Assembly: GCA_034669905.1 (NCBI GenBank)
Contig: JAXMOL010000002.1
Location: 128,001 to 192,000, forward strand
Source: Candidatus Hydrogenedentota bacterium
GTDB taxonomy: Bacteria; Hydrogenedentota; Hydrogenedentia; Hydrogenedentales; JAEUWI01
Direction: 5' to 3'
DNA length: 64,000 nt
Shown piece after piece: positions 1 to 9,994 of the stretch (positions within the stretch are counted from its first letter, which is position 1; the number at the start of each line of letters is the position of its first letter). The notes under the pieces were generated by a model. The model was given only the letters and a program-made list of their open reading frames with translations. It had not been told where the DNA came from and did not search any database. The position numbers were made by a program, and so were the translations under genes.

Positions 1-350
1 TCAATCAGCACGAGGTGCTCGAGGGCCGACCGGGGCACCCCTTCCCATTCGTGGAAAGGTAACTCCGTTCCCGGCGGGTGATAGGCCATGGGCTTGGTGG
101 TGCAGGGGCGCATGGCCGAGGTCAGGGCGATCTGGTCCCCCGCGATGGCATTGAGCAAGGTCGATTTTCCGACGCCAGATCCCCCAACGAGGGCCACCAC
201 CAGCACATCGTCCAGGCGGGCTTCGCGGGTCTGCAACTCGTTCACCCGTTCACGAAGGCGCACCGTCTCCTGACGGAGGGCCTTCCAGGGGCCGTCATAT
301 GCGGCCAGACTTTCCAGGTGTTCGAGGACGTTTAAGATACTGTCAGACAC
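1..350 (-). CDS. P-loop GTPase (Era/dynamin-like), N-terminal part; runs off the left window edge
   Basis: Not in the ORF track because it has no stop in the window. Manual translation from GTG at 350: VSDSILNVLEHLES...VLVVALVGGSGVGKSTLLNAIAG...RPCTT...HLVLID, i.e. G1, G2 and the start of G3. Overlaps the stop of the upstream GTPase. Confidence 0.85.
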   Translation of the reverse strand, partial: MSDSILNVLEHLESLAAYDGPWKALRQETVRLRERVNELQTREARLDDVLVVALVGGSGVGKSTLLNAIAGDQIALTSAMRPCTTKPMAYHPPGTELPFHEWEGVPRSALEHLVLI

Positions 351-2104
351 TGCGTGTGAATCCTTCGAAGGGTCTCCGCCGCCTCACTCTCGAGGGCTGC
401 ACGGCCTTCCGCGAGCGGCACGAGGGCCGCTTTCAATATATGTTCATGGAGCGCCCGCTCAAATCGGGCCTGTTGTTCTTTGTGCCAGGGCGCCATAAGG
501 TCCACCCACTTATCGGCAAATTGATGCTCCAGCACCCGGGAGAAAAACTCCCCCGCCAGGGGACTCGTCGCCGCCACCACTTCCGGCACCCCCACACCGC
601 CCGAGTAAACCGCCAGCGGCAAGGCCACGGCCGTAGGGGCGAGCATGAGCATGGCATCCAACTGCACCAGGAAGAGACGACGCATCTTGTTGTCGTTCCA
701 CCAGTCGTCCAGGGTCTTTTCCGCATGGGCACGAAAGGCTTCCGAAATATTGTCATCCACCAGCGTCGCCGCCTCCACCGCGGCAACGACCTCCGTAACC
801 TCGAGCGCTTCAAAGCGCCTGGCCACCATATCCCGTGCGGGTTGGTCGAGGTGCTCTGCCATCTCCACACAGTCCCGGATAAAGTCCCGGGTGCGGATGG
901 ATAACTCGCGCGAATGATGGGAGCGCAACTCGTCGGCCGTGGGCGGTTTCCTGGCCGAGGTGAGGGTCAGTCGGCTGCGCACCATTTCACCCAGCGAACG
1001 ACCCACATAGCTCACCCCATCCACCGCCGCCGCACCCACCTTACCGACCGTCCGGCTCACTGCGCCGCGACGGGCCTTGATGTGGTTGTGAAGTAGTTTC
1101 CCGACTTCCGCGCCGGGCTCCGGATCATAGGTCTGTGCCACGGCTTCTGCACGGTGCTCAAACAACTTCGCCACCCCATCAAAGGTCTTTGCAAAGTCGT
1201 CCAGTCGCGCCACGAATTCCTCGGTATGGGCCGTAAAATGTTTCAAGGTATCGCGGTACACCCGATCCTTGGTGTCGACCACATCCATCTGCTCCAGGTA
1301 GCTGCGCAGGGGCGCTGTACCGCTGAGCGAGGCGATGGCGTGGTCACAGGATTCCATCAGCGTAAAATCGTGGGGCACCACGAAAAAAATGCGTTCTTCG
1401 ATACCGACAGACTGACAGAAATCTTCCAGCTGGGCCCGCGCCACTTCAAAATCCTGGGCGTCATTGGCCTTGTTCATCAGGGGCAGGATGACCCGTCCCG
1501 AATCGGCCGCCTGACGAAAGTAGGCAATAACCTGCTCGTCCTGGTATTTCTCCCCTGTGAGGACCGCAATCAGCACATCGCACACCGCCTGGATATTCTC
1601 CGCCACATCCCAATTGATGAGGTCGATGGAATCCACGTCGGGCACGTCAAGCAGGACCATGTGGTCGGGCAGGCCGTCACTGGCTTTCATAAACAGGGTG
1701 TCGGGTGCGGCGCTCCGGTCGATAGGGTCGGTGTCGTGGGCCTGAAAACGTGCCTGAAGGCCCGGAACCAGGTTTCCCGCCACCCCCTGATCGAAGCGGT
1801 GCTGATTGCCGACCAGCAAGGGCCGACAGGTCGCCGCCGCCGTGGCCCGGACCGGACTCAATTCTTTGCCCGCCAGGAGGTTAAAGACGGTCGATTTGCC
1901 CGTATTCGTGCCACCCGCCACCGCCGCGACGAGCACATCCTTCCCCGCTAACTGGGGGAGGAGCTTAAAGGTCAGCAATTTCCGCCACTCGCCCGTATCC
2001 TCAAAGAGGGCCCCATGGAGCGCCGGCTGCCCTTCCAACGCGGCATCCAGCGCTTGAAGGGCGGTGTCGAAGACTTCCAGATCGTGATTCAAGGCATCAT
2101 CCAT
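332..2104 (-). CDS. Dynamin-like/Era-like GTPase with helical C-terminus and hydrophobic segment
   Basis: G1 GGTNTGKST, G3-like DVPDVDS, G4-like NKAND, C-terminal hydrophobic stretch LMLAPTAVALPLAVYSGGVG. Start ATG 2104 (alternative TTG 2134). Confidence 0.8.
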   Translation of the reverse strand: MDDALNHDLEVFDTALQALDAALEGQPALHGALFEDTGEWRKLLTFKLLPQLAGKDVLVAAVAGGTNTGKSTVFNLLAGKELSPVRATAAATCRPLLVGNQHRFDQGVAGNLVPGLQARFQAHDTDPIDRSAAPDTLFMKASDGLPDHMVLLDVPDVDSIDLINWDVAENIQAVCDVLIAVLTGEKYQDEQVIAYFRQAADSGRVILPLMNKANDAQDFEVARAQLEDFCQSVGIEERIFFVVPHDFTLMESCDHAIASLSGTAPLRSYLEQMDVVDTKDRVYRDTLKHFTAHTEEFVARLDDFAKTFDGVAKLFEHRAEAVAQTYDPEPGAEVGKLLHNHIKARRGAVSRTVGKVGAAAVDGVSYVGRSLGEMVRSRLTLTSARKPPTADELRSHHSRELSIRTRDFIRDCVEMAEHLDQPARDMVARRFEALEVTEVVAAVEAATLVDDNISEAFRAHAEKTLDDWWNDNKMRRLFLVQLDAMLMLAPTAVALPLAVYSGGVGVPEVVAATSPLAGEFFSRVLEHQFADKWVDLMAPWHKEQQARFERALHEHILKAALVPLAEGRAALESEAAETLRRIHTQCLTVS

Positions 2105-2143
2105 AGACGTGAACCGGTGGAACGGGGCGAGCAAGGCGGGACA

Positions 2144-2326
2144 TCAGCTTGCCCACATGCCTTTGGTAAGAAACAGCAGCCAGAGAATGCCAAATATCGT
2201 AAAAATAATGGAAAACTTAATGAGCTTCTGTTTGAACAGGGGATCGCGCTGATACTTGCACGTGGGGCAGGGCGCATCGGGGTCGCTTAAGACTTGCCCA
2301 CATCCGGGGCACTGCGTTGGAGCCAT
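2144..2326 (-). CDS. Small zinc-ribbon membrane protein (60 aa)
   Basis: CPGC...CPTC followed by one TM helix (FSIIFTIFGILWLLFL); GGAAGG RBS upstream of ATG 2326. Confidence 0.75.
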   Translation of the reverse strand: MAPTQCPGCGQVLSDPDAPCPTCKYQRDPLFKQKLIKFSIIFTIFGILWLLFLTKGMWAS

Positions 2327-2485
2327 GATTTTGTTGCCTTCCATACTACCGGTACCGAGGAGAGACCGAACACCGGCCGGGCCTCCAACGGCACAACCGC
2401 CCTATCATACGTTATCTGAACCGGCGCAGAAAAATAGACCGGGCCCTTTGCCTCGGGAGAGGTATCGCACAAGGCCCACACCGGG

Positions 2486-3361
2486 CTAGTCGCGGACGAC
2501 GCCCTGAGCTACGGTGCGCACCACCGTCGTCTTATACGCCGTAATGCGGGACGCAATCTGCCGGGCAGATTCTTCGTCCCCGCACAACCCGAAGACCGTG
2601 GGGCCGCTCCCACTCATGGCGCTGGCCACACAGCCGAGGTCCCGCAGTTGGGCCTTGATAGCCGCCAGCTCCGGGTGATCGCAGAGTACACCCGACTCCA
2701 TGCGATTGAAGACAACATCGGCCACCTTCCCCGCAGCGAGCTGGGAAAGCGCGGCGTCAAATGCCGGCGTTCGCCCATTGACCGGGGCCGTCGTATTGCG
2801 GGTCAACTGGGGGTGCCCATAGGCGTGGCCCGCCGTCACAGCCAGCGGGGGATGGACCAAGACCAGCCACTGCGGCGCCAATGGCGTTAAGGGGGTCATC
2901 ACTTCCCCCCGTCCCGTGGCCGCAACCATGCCGCCCACGACACAAAAGGGCACATCGGAGCCCAGCTCGAGGGCCACTTCACAGAGTTGCGCCGTGTCCC
3001 AATCGAGGTGCCACAGATCATTCAAGGCCAGCAAGGCGGCCGCCGCATTCCCCGAGCCCCCGGCAAGCCCTGCGGCCACCGGCAAATTCTTCTCCAGGTG
3101 AAATAAGACGCCATCCTGGATACCCGTACGCGCCTGTACCAACGCGGCCGCCTGGTAAACCAGATTGTCCGGCCCGGCACTCAAGGCGGGATTGCTGCAC
3201 GTCATGCGAATCCCCGAGGCGAGGGGCTCTGCCAGCAGGCGATCACACAAGCTGATGGATTGGAGCACCGTTTCAATATTGGTAAACCCGTCGGGACGAC
3301 GGGCCAGCACATCAAGATAGAGATTAATTTTTCCATAGGAACGGTACGACAAAACCGGCAC
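2486..3361 (-). CDS. ispE: 4-diphosphocytidyl-2-C-methyl-D-erythritol kinase
   Basis: KINLYL, PVAAGLAGGSGNAA, LGSDVPF and MSGSGPTVFG GHMP motifs. Confidence 0.96.
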   Translation of the reverse strand: MPVLSYRSYGKINLYLDVLARRPDGFTNIETVLQSISLCDRLLAEPLASGIRMTCSNPALSAGPDNLVYQAAALVQARTGIQDGVLFHLEKNLPVAAGLAGGSGNAAAALLALNDLWHLDWDTAQLCEVALELGSDVPFCVVGGMVAATGRGEVMTPLTPLAPQWLVLVHPPLAVTAGHAYGHPQLTRNTTAPVNGRTPAFDAALSQLAAGKVADVVFNRMESGVLCDHPELAAIKAQLRDLGCVASAMSGSGPTVFGLCGDEESARQIASRITAYKTTVVRTVAQGVVRD

Positions 3362-3379
3362 AACACGTACTCCAAACCA

Positions 3380-5053
3380 CTAAAATTTTCGTGTCCATAG
3401 AATCGAAATAACGAGGATACTGCCCAGGAGTCCGGCAAAGATAAAGCCGGCCACCCCCAGGCGGCTGATCGTCGATTCCGTCGTGATCAGTAGACTGGAA
3501 CCGACAATGAGGGCGGCCACAATCATGCCCACCGTGTTTCGGCTGCTCGCCCGGTCAATGGTCGCCGCCAGATCATCCAGGTGCTCATGATGAATGGAAA
3601 ACTTGAGCTTCCCTTTGCGCAACTGCTCCAGGAGCTGGGCAATATCCCGGGGCACCTGATGGCCCAGGCGCAGCAAGACCCGCGTGTTGTGTTTCAGATC
3701 GCGGTAGAGTTGGCGGGGCGCATAGCGCCGTTTGATGAGCCGCTCGACATAGGGCTGAATTATAGGCACCATATCGAGATTGGGATCGAGGCTACGCCCC
3801 ACCATCTCAATGGTGGCCAGTGCCTTAATCAGGAGGGAGAAACGGGGAGCCAGCTCCATGTTGGCCCGCTGAAGGATCTGCGTGGTGCGCTCCAGGCCCC
3901 GGGCCACCTGACCGCCCCCGAGAATCGCACGGGCTTCAAAGGCAATAAATTCGGTGAGCTCCCGCTCCAGCACATCCTGATCGGACGGCTCGCCCCCTGT
4001 GGTCAGCAGGAGAATCGCGTCCACACAGGCCCGGCTATCCCGCTCAAACAGGGCGAGAAACAAATCACCAATAGCCGCCACATCACTCTGTTCCAGGTGC
4101 CCGGCCATGCCAAGGTCGAGGAAGGCCAGGTGATTGTCATGGGTAACGAAGATGTTGCCCGGGTGGGGATCGGCGTGGAACAACTGAAACTCAAAGACCA
4201 TCCGACAAAGGGCGTCACACCCGTTGATGGCGACCTGCTCCGGCGTACAATTTCGCTCCGGAAATGACGCCACCTGATCGACCCGAACCCCGTCGACCCA
4301 GTCCATCGTGATCAGGGTTCGGCCCGAAAACTCGGGGTAGACCTGGGGCATGTCCACCGCACTGTCATCTTCAAAATTGGTGCGGAATTGCTCGATGACC
4401 CGGGCTTCGATGCTCAAGTCCAATTCCCGGCGTATAGAGCGGGCGAACTCATCCACGATTCCCGGTGGATCGAGCCACTTGATATCGTCCAGGTGCTCTG
4501 CACTCCACTCGGCCACCTGACGCATGAGGCTCAAGTCCGACTCGATTATTTTCTCTACGCCAGGTCGTTGGATTTTCACCACGACTTCCTGACCAGTGAA
4601 GAGGGTCGCCCGGTACACCTGACTCAACGACGCCGAAGCAATGGGCGTCGTATCAAAGGTGGCGAACAATTCCTTGCACGACTTGCCCAGGGCCGCCGTA
4701 ACGACCCCGTCCATCGTTTCAAAGGGCAGGGCATCCACCCGATCCTGCAGGTTGCTGAGTTCCCGCGCGGTCTCGAGCCGAATCAGGTCGGGACGGGTGC
4801 TGAGAATCTGGCCCAGCTTCACAAAGGTCGGCCCCAGCTCCACCAGGGCCGCGCGCATCCGTTGCCCAAAGGTGTGGGGCGGTCCGGAGGTCGCCTCCAT
4901 GAGGTTTAGACTGCGCAGCAGCTTCGCGGGCAAACTCCGGTGAAATCCCGCCCGTTGCAGCAGATCGGCAAAACCGTGCTTCACAAACACCTGAAGCACT
5001 TCCGCCAGACGAACGGCGTTTACCGTCTGTTTTCCAAGCCGGGAGTAGTGCAA
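3380..5053 (-). CDS. UbiB/AarF (ABC1) family kinase
   Basis: LGPTFVKLGQILSTRPDL, ASASLSQVY, VVVKIQRP, FHADPHPGN, LDLGM; two C-terminal TM helices. Confidence 0.93.
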   Translation of the reverse strand: MHYSRLGKQTVNAVRLAEVLQVFVKHGFADLLQRAGFHRSLPAKLLRSLNLMEATSGPPHTFGQRMRAALVELGPTFVKLGQILSTRPDLIRLETARELSNLQDRVDALPFETMDGVVTAALGKSCKELFATFDTTPIASASLSQVYRATLFTGQEVVVKIQRPGVEKIIESDLSLMRQVAEWSAEHLDDIKWLDPPGIVDEFARSIRRELDLSIEARVIEQFRTNFEDDSAVDMPQVYPEFSGRTLITMDWVDGVRVDQVASFPERNCTPEQVAINGCDALCRMVFEFQLFHADPHPGNIFVTHDNHLAFLDLGMAGHLEQSDVAAIGDLFLALFERDSRACVDAILLLTTGGEPSDQDVLERELTEFIAFEARAILGGGQVARGLERTTQILQRANMELAPRFSLLIKALATIEMVGRSLDPNLDMVPIIQPYVERLIKRRYAPRQLYRDLKHNTRVLLRLGHQVPRDIAQLLEQLRKGKLKFSIHHEHLDDLAATIDRASSRNTVGMIVAALIVGSSLLITTESTISRLGVAGFIFAGLLGSILVISILWTRKF

Positions 5054-5109
5054 TCAATTCCTTCCCAACGGCCCGAAGCAAACCCGGGGCTCCGTTGCAA
5101 ATGGGCCGG

Positions 5110-6834
5110 TCAAGATGCCGATTTCGCCGTCTTCACCGATGCCGCGCCACCCAGGGTTACGGTCCGTTCACCGACAACGGTACCGTTCTCGTCATACTCC
5201 ACCACATTCCAGTTGCGGGGTGCCCGCGCATTGGCGTCCATGGGTTGGCCCTGGACCGGAACGCGGGCGACCATGGCCGAGATATCCTCACGAAGCCCCT
5301 TGCTCAGTTTCCCGTAAAACTCGATGGGGCCGGGCCAGAAACTGGCCGCCGTCGCAAGGTCTTCGGAAATATCGGCGGAATTGCCCATCCGACATTGCAG
5401 TGGCGCGGGGATCACGCCATACATGGCCATACGGGCCACCGAGCCACTGGCATCCAACCAATCATCCACGTTGTCCTGAATAGCCCCGGACGAGGCGGGA
5501 AACACCGGTACGGGAGCGGCCGCCACGCGGAGCGCCTTGTAAGCGGCATTCTGCGCTTCGGACCGGGTGAGCTTGAATTCTGAAAGCACTGCTTCGGGGA
5601 TCAAGGATTTTTCGACTACGATGAAGGCCGCGCCCCACTCGCTCAGGGTCTTCACCTTGGCCGCCAGTGCCGACGCCGCACCGGGATCCAACGGGTTGAT
5701 CCAGGCCTGTCCATCGGAACTTTTCGCCGTCCAGGACGCACCACCCTCTTTCGCCACCAGCGGGTCAATCGACACGCCCACCTTCAATTCAGCGGTCGCC
5801 AAGGACCCGATGGCCGACTTCATATTCTTGGGGAAACGGCCCGCGGCACCACTCATGGAACCGGGACGTCCTTCCCAGCCACGGCCCAGCAGCACATGGT
5901 CAATACCTGCCTGCTTCCAACTGGTGCCAGCGGAGACGTAGTCATCCAGCCCCTGGGTATCGTCCAGCGTGTACCATCCCCGGGCCAGGAAATTGCGCTC
6001 GGGCGACTCCACAAACAGGCTATACGCCCAGCAGTAATACAGATCCACCCGATGGGGTTCGGGAACACCGTGAGACATCCAGAGGGGATCGGCCAGGAGA
6101 CTCTGTCCCGGAGCCAGCACCTTGGCGGGTCCGTAGTTACATACAATTTCACCGTGCCATTCGCCGTCCCGCTCGGTAAAACCGATGGTCGACTCGGCCA
6201 GACCGCCGGGAAGGAGCCCCACGCCGAAGCAGATGGGCTTGGACGGGTCATGTATCACCGCCATGGTTGCGTGATCCTGCCCCACAACCACGGGCTGTCC
6301 GCCCATATCCTGCAGGCTGCGGTAGCGGATCCGGGTCTGGGGGCTGAGTTGTTGCATGACCGACGTCTTGGCGACCACGGGGTGAATGCGCTGGATGGCC
6401 ACGTCTGTCGTACCCACGTTTTCCACCAGGATCTCGACGAATACGAAGGGGCGGGACTTGAAAGTTCGCATGACGTGCATGACTTTTAAGCCGTTCTTCG
6501 GCGCAAAAGTCACCGAATAGGTGGTGCCTTCGCCCAACGCATGGGTAAAGGCATCCCGGCTCGGCTTGCCTTCGCCCAGGTTCAACCCGTTCAGTTCCGT
6601 GCCGTCGGCGAGGACGATCGAAAAGCCCATGCTATCGGCCAGCACCGTTTCGTCTTTCAACAGCACACGCCACTCGGCGTTGTCCTCGGCGTAGATCAAG
6701 ACCCCTTCTTCAATCGGGATGCTGTAATGATTCCGCAGGTCCCAGGGAAGGTTCGGGTCCGCAAAGCTGGTGCTGGAAAGAAACACAAGGGCCACGATTA
6801 CAGGGCCCCAAACGATTCGTGTGGCAAGTGTCAT
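5110..6834 (-). CDS. Secreted GH36/GH27 alpha-galactosidase-like protein, catalytic motifs apparently degenerate
   Basis: Signal peptide from ATG 6834; beta-rich N-terminus, then barrel-like motifs GIDHVLLGRGWEG, RFPKNMK, LKVGVSIDP, WINPLDP, WGAAFIVVE. Confidence 0.55.
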   Translation of the reverse strand: MTLATRIVWGPVIVALVFLSSTSFADPNLPWDLRNHYSIPIEEGVLIYAEDNAEWRVLLKDETVLADSMGFSIVLADGTELNGLNLGEGKPSRDAFTHALGEGTTYSVTFAPKNGLKVMHVMRTFKSRPFVFVEILVENVGTTDVAIQRIHPVVAKTSVMQQLSPQTRIRYRSLQDMGGQPVVVGQDHATMAVIHDPSKPICFGVGLLPGGLAESTIGFTERDGEWHGEIVCNYGPAKVLAPGQSLLADPLWMSHGVPEPHRVDLYYCWAYSLFVESPERNFLARGWYTLDDTQGLDDYVSAGTSWKQAGIDHVLLGRGWEGRPGSMSGAAGRFPKNMKSAIGSLATAELKVGVSIDPLVAKEGGASWTAKSSDGQAWINPLDPGAASALAAKVKTLSEWGAAFIVVEKSLIPEAVLSEFKLTRSEAQNAAYKALRVAAAPVPVFPASSGAIQDNVDDWLDASGSVARMAMYGVIPAPLQCRMGNSADISEDLATAASFWPGPIEFYGKLSKGLREDISAMVARVPVQGQPMDANARAPRNWNVVEYDENGTVVGERTVTLGGAASVKTAKSAS

Positions 6835-7087
6835 GGTAAAACGCTCCACCAGCCGCAGAAAGGAAACCCGCCCGACGCGACCAGCCTTGGTAAAGGAATA
6901 TGTATCTGAGAAACTCTCACCGGCATAATAGCTTGCAGTATACCCTATATGGTGGTCGCGCTGGTACTGATCGAGATGGGGTAGTTGTTCGGGCCCTGCC
7001 TCGGCACATCCTGCGGCGGCCCCACCCCCACTTCCAGGTGCCCACCCGTCCCCCCGCATCACGCGCGCGAAACATTCGCACTCCGGT

Positions 7088-7117
7088 TTGACACTTTTCT
7101 CCGCCGTATGCTACGCT
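7088..7117 (+). promoter_or_regulatory. sigma70-type promoter upstream of ffs/dnaX
   Basis: TTGACA-N18-TACGCT with TG at the extended -10 position. Confidence 0.5.
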
Positions 7118-7243
7118 TCCCTCCGTCTGTTTTCACTGGAATGCAGAAGTGTGCCCCCCGTTGGTATGCCCCCGACAAACCACCTTGGTTTACCGGTGGC
7201 CTGGACACCAGCCCGGGTACGCTTTTTCAAATACGGTGTAAAA

Positions 7244-7358
7244 GGTGATGGCGGTTGGGTCCTACTCAACACGACGTTGGCGAACCCGGTCAGGTCCTGA
7301 CGGAAGCAGCCGCAGTCTTCTGTTGTGTGTGCTGTAGGAGTGCCTGACCGTCATCACC
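7244..7358 (+). ncRNA. ffs: Small bacterial SRP RNA (4.5S)
   Basis: Long hairpin with ends GGTGATGGCGGTTGGG/CCTGACCGTCATCACC and domain IV TCAGGTCC-TGAC-GGAAGCAGC (7290-7310); directly upstream of dnaX, a common synteny. Confidence 0.92.
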
Positions 7359-7432
7359 TTTTCCACCGTAACCAGAATCCCACCCGGGCAGACCAGGTCA
7401 ATCCGATGGCAGGGCGAAGGCCGGAGACGCGC

Positions 7433-9295
7433 ATGGCAAACAAACAATACTTGGTGTTGGCCCGCAAATGGCGCCCCCAGGCCTTCGAAAGCGTTGTCGG
7501 GCAGGATCACATCACCCGCACCCTGAAAAACGCCATCACGTCGGGCCGGATCCACCACGCCTTTCTCTTCATCGGCTCCCGCGGTATCGGAAAAACCACC
7601 ACGGCGCGCATTCTGGCCAAAGCGCTGAATTGCCTTTCCACCGAGGAACCCACGCCCGATCCCTGTGGCACCTGCACCAATTGCGAAGCCATCGCGGCGG
7701 GCAACAGCATCGATGTCATCGAGATCGATGGTGCCTCCAATAACAGCGTGGAAGACGTGCGGGAACTCCGTGACAACATCCGCATGGTACCGACCAATGC
7801 CCGCTACAAGGTGTACATCATTGACGAAGTACACCAGCTTTCCATCGCGGCTTTTAACGCCCTGCTCAAAACCCTCGAAGAGCCGCCGCCCCATGCCGTC
7901 TTTATTCTGGCCACCACGGAAGCGCACAAAATTCCCGCGACCATCGTATCCCGCTGTCAGCGCTACGACTTTCGCCGGGTCCCCGTACCCCAGATTATCG
8001 AACTGCTTCGGGGCATCCTCGAGAAAGAAGGCATTGCCGCCACCGACGAAGCCCTGCACGCCATTGCACGGGCCGCCGAAGGGGGCATTCGCGATTCGGA
8101 AAGTATCCTCGACGAGCTCATTACCTATTGCGATGGAGAGATTACCTTTAAAGATGTCTTCGACGTGCTTGGCCTCGTCGATTGGCAGCTCATGCACGAC
8201 ATCTGTGACGCCATCCTCGCCAAGGATGTGACCCGCCAGCTGGTACTGGTCGAAGAAGTGGTCACGGCCGGTAAGGACCTGACCCAGTTCGTTCAGGAAT
8301 TGCTGCGCTATTTCCGCAACCTCCTCGTGAGCAAGACGGCCAACGTCAGCGAGCTCATCCACCTGCCCGAAGAGGAATTGAACGCCCTGAACGCACGGGC
8401 CCAGAAGATTTCGCTCACCAACCTGATTCGGCTGGTGGAGCAGTTCGCGGAACTGGTCAATACCTTCGACTCCCAACTGGCCCAGCGCATCGCCCTGGAG
8501 TCCATGCTGATTCGGATCTCCAAGGTGGGCGTCGAGGTTTCTCTCGATACCATCATGGAGAAATTGATCGCCCTCGGACAGGGCGGACTCGGCACCGTCA
8601 ATGATGGAAGCGCACTCGCCGCACCTCCGGTAGCCGCTGCGGCACCCCCGACCGCCCCCACACCCCCGACCGCCCCCACACCCCCGACCGCACCCGCCCG
8701 GCAGCCGGAAAAACCGGCCCCCAGGGTAGAAACACCGCCCCCACCCCAACCGGACAGTCCACCGGACCCCACGGCGGCCGCGCCGGCTGAATCAGCGCCT
8801 GCGGCTCCGGCCCCGAAAGCGCGCATCAAGGTCACCCCGGAAAATCTGGCCCGGGCGTGGGGCGCTATCATTACCCGGACCAGTGAGGAAGACCTCAACC
8901 TCGGTACCTGGTTCAGCCGCGGCAAGACGCTCGGAATGAACGGCGACACCGTGTCGCTCCAGTTCTCCGACGACAATCCACAAGCCGTGTCCTTCGTGCA
9001 GGATCGCAACAACCAGCAGGCTATGGCGGAAGCGCTCCAACGGCACACCACCAACCTGAAAGCGCTGGACATTTCCGTCGTCGAGGCCAAAGCAACCCGA
9101 CAACACGCGGCGACACCGGCCAGTAGCGAGCAGCCCTTTTACCCCGGCACCAACCCGGAAGAGGCCCGCGAGGTATTGGAAGATCCCGGCGTGGCGACGG
9201 TGGTCCGTGTCTTCAAAGGGCGTATCGCCGATATCACATCCGTCGCCCCCACGGACCCACTGAACGGGGGAGATGCGTTGGATTCCGAGGCATAG
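7433..9295 (+). CDS. dnaX: DNA polymerase III subunit gamma/tau
   Basis: YLVLARKWRPQ, GSRGIGKTT, IDEVH, AFNALLKTLEEPP, SRCQR; Pro/Ala-rich linker. Confidence 0.97.
   Translation: MANKQYLVLARKWRPQAFESVVGQDHITRTLKNAITSGRIHHAFLFIGSRGIGKTTTARILAKALNCLSTEEPTPDPCGTCTNCEAIAAGNSIDVIEIDGASNNSVEDVRELRDNIRMVPTNARYKVYIIDEVHQLSIAAFNALLKTLEEPPPHAVFILATTEAHKIPATIVSRCQRYDFRRVPVPQIIELLRGILEKEGIAATDEALHAIARAAEGGIRDSESILDELITYCDGEITFKDVFDVLGLVDWQLMHDICDAILAKDVTRQLVLVEEVVTAGKDLTQFVQELLRYFRNLLVSKTANVSELIHLPEEELNALNARAQKISLTNLIRLVEQFAELVNTFDSQLAQRIALESMLIRISKVGVEVSLDTIMEKLIALGQGGLGTVNDGSALAAPPVAAAAPPTAPTPPTAPTPPTAPARQPEKPAPRVETPPPPQPDSPPDPTAAAPAESAPAAPAPKARIKVTPENLARAWGAIITRTSEEDLNLGTWFSRGKTLGMNGDTVSLQFSDDNPQAVSFVQDRNNQQAMAEALQRHTTNLKALDISVVEAKATRQHAATPASSEQPFYPGTNPEEAREVLEDPGVATVVRVFKGRIADITSVAPTDPLNGGDALDSEA
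8643..8696 (+). repeat. 3 x 18-bp tandem repeat encoding (PPTAPT) in the DnaX linker
   Basis: Unit CACCCCCGACCGCCCCCA, two exact copies and one variant. Confidence 0.85.
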
Positions 9296-9354
9296 CCTGT
9301 ATTATCGTAGGCCCATACCCCTACCCTTATCCTACGGAAGGAATTATCCCCATC

Positions 9355-9942
9355 ATGCTTCGGAAGTCTTTAGCGCTCATTCTCGGTATTGCCCTCTTAT
9401 CGCTGACCCCGGTGGCCCACGCGGAACTGGAAGTCTCGCTAACCGTATCCGGTGAAATTCGCGAAATACAGGCCCTCCTCAGCTACATCGAGCAGCGCAA
9501 CCGTGAAGGTGCCAACGAAGGGGATAACCCCCTCAAGATCAGCGTGCACAGTATCGCGGGCGGAGGCAGCCCCACGGCAACCATGCCACGCCCCGTCACC
9601 CTCGCGACACCCCAGCTCTCCGCAGAAAAGCTGACGCCCGGGCAGCCCGCCCTGGTCACCGTCGCCGTGCGCGATGACCGCGATGAAGTCGACACCCTGG
9701 CCATCGAAGTGGTGGGCACCAATCTGAAAACCGACCTTTACGACGATGGCACCCATGGGGATGTGGACCCCGGCGACAACGTCTGGTCCGTCACCCTCAC
9801 CCCCATGGAAGCCACCCCGGCCGGTGAGTATGAATTGATTATCACCGGTTACGATCCCAAGGGCCGCCCCCTGACGACCATCCGTCAGGACGGCGCAGAG
9901 CATCCCGTTCAAGTACGTCGAAACGTTAGCATCGAGCGCTGA
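9355..9942 (+). CDS. Secreted protein with a choice-of-anchor X-like Ig domain
   Basis: Signal peptide ending AHA; LYDDGTHGDVDPGDNVWS motif. Confidence 0.7.
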   Translation: MLRKSLALILGIALLSLTPVAHAELEVSLTVSGEIREIQALLSYIEQRNREGANEGDNPLKISVHSIAGGGSPTATMPRPVTLATPQLSAEKLTPGQPALVTVAVRDDRDEVDTLAIEVVGTNLKTDLYDDGTHGDVDPGDNVWSVTLTPMEATPAGEYELIITGYDPKGRPLTTIRQDGAEHPVQVRRNVSIER

Positions 9943-9994
9943 ACTCGGGCATCCGGCCGACCCGTTGCCCGACGGCACACAGAGAAGGTCCCCT

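Noticed and set aside
8700..8720. dnaX programmed frameshift site
   Set aside because: Only an A5 run; no A AAA AAG heptamer or long A tract.
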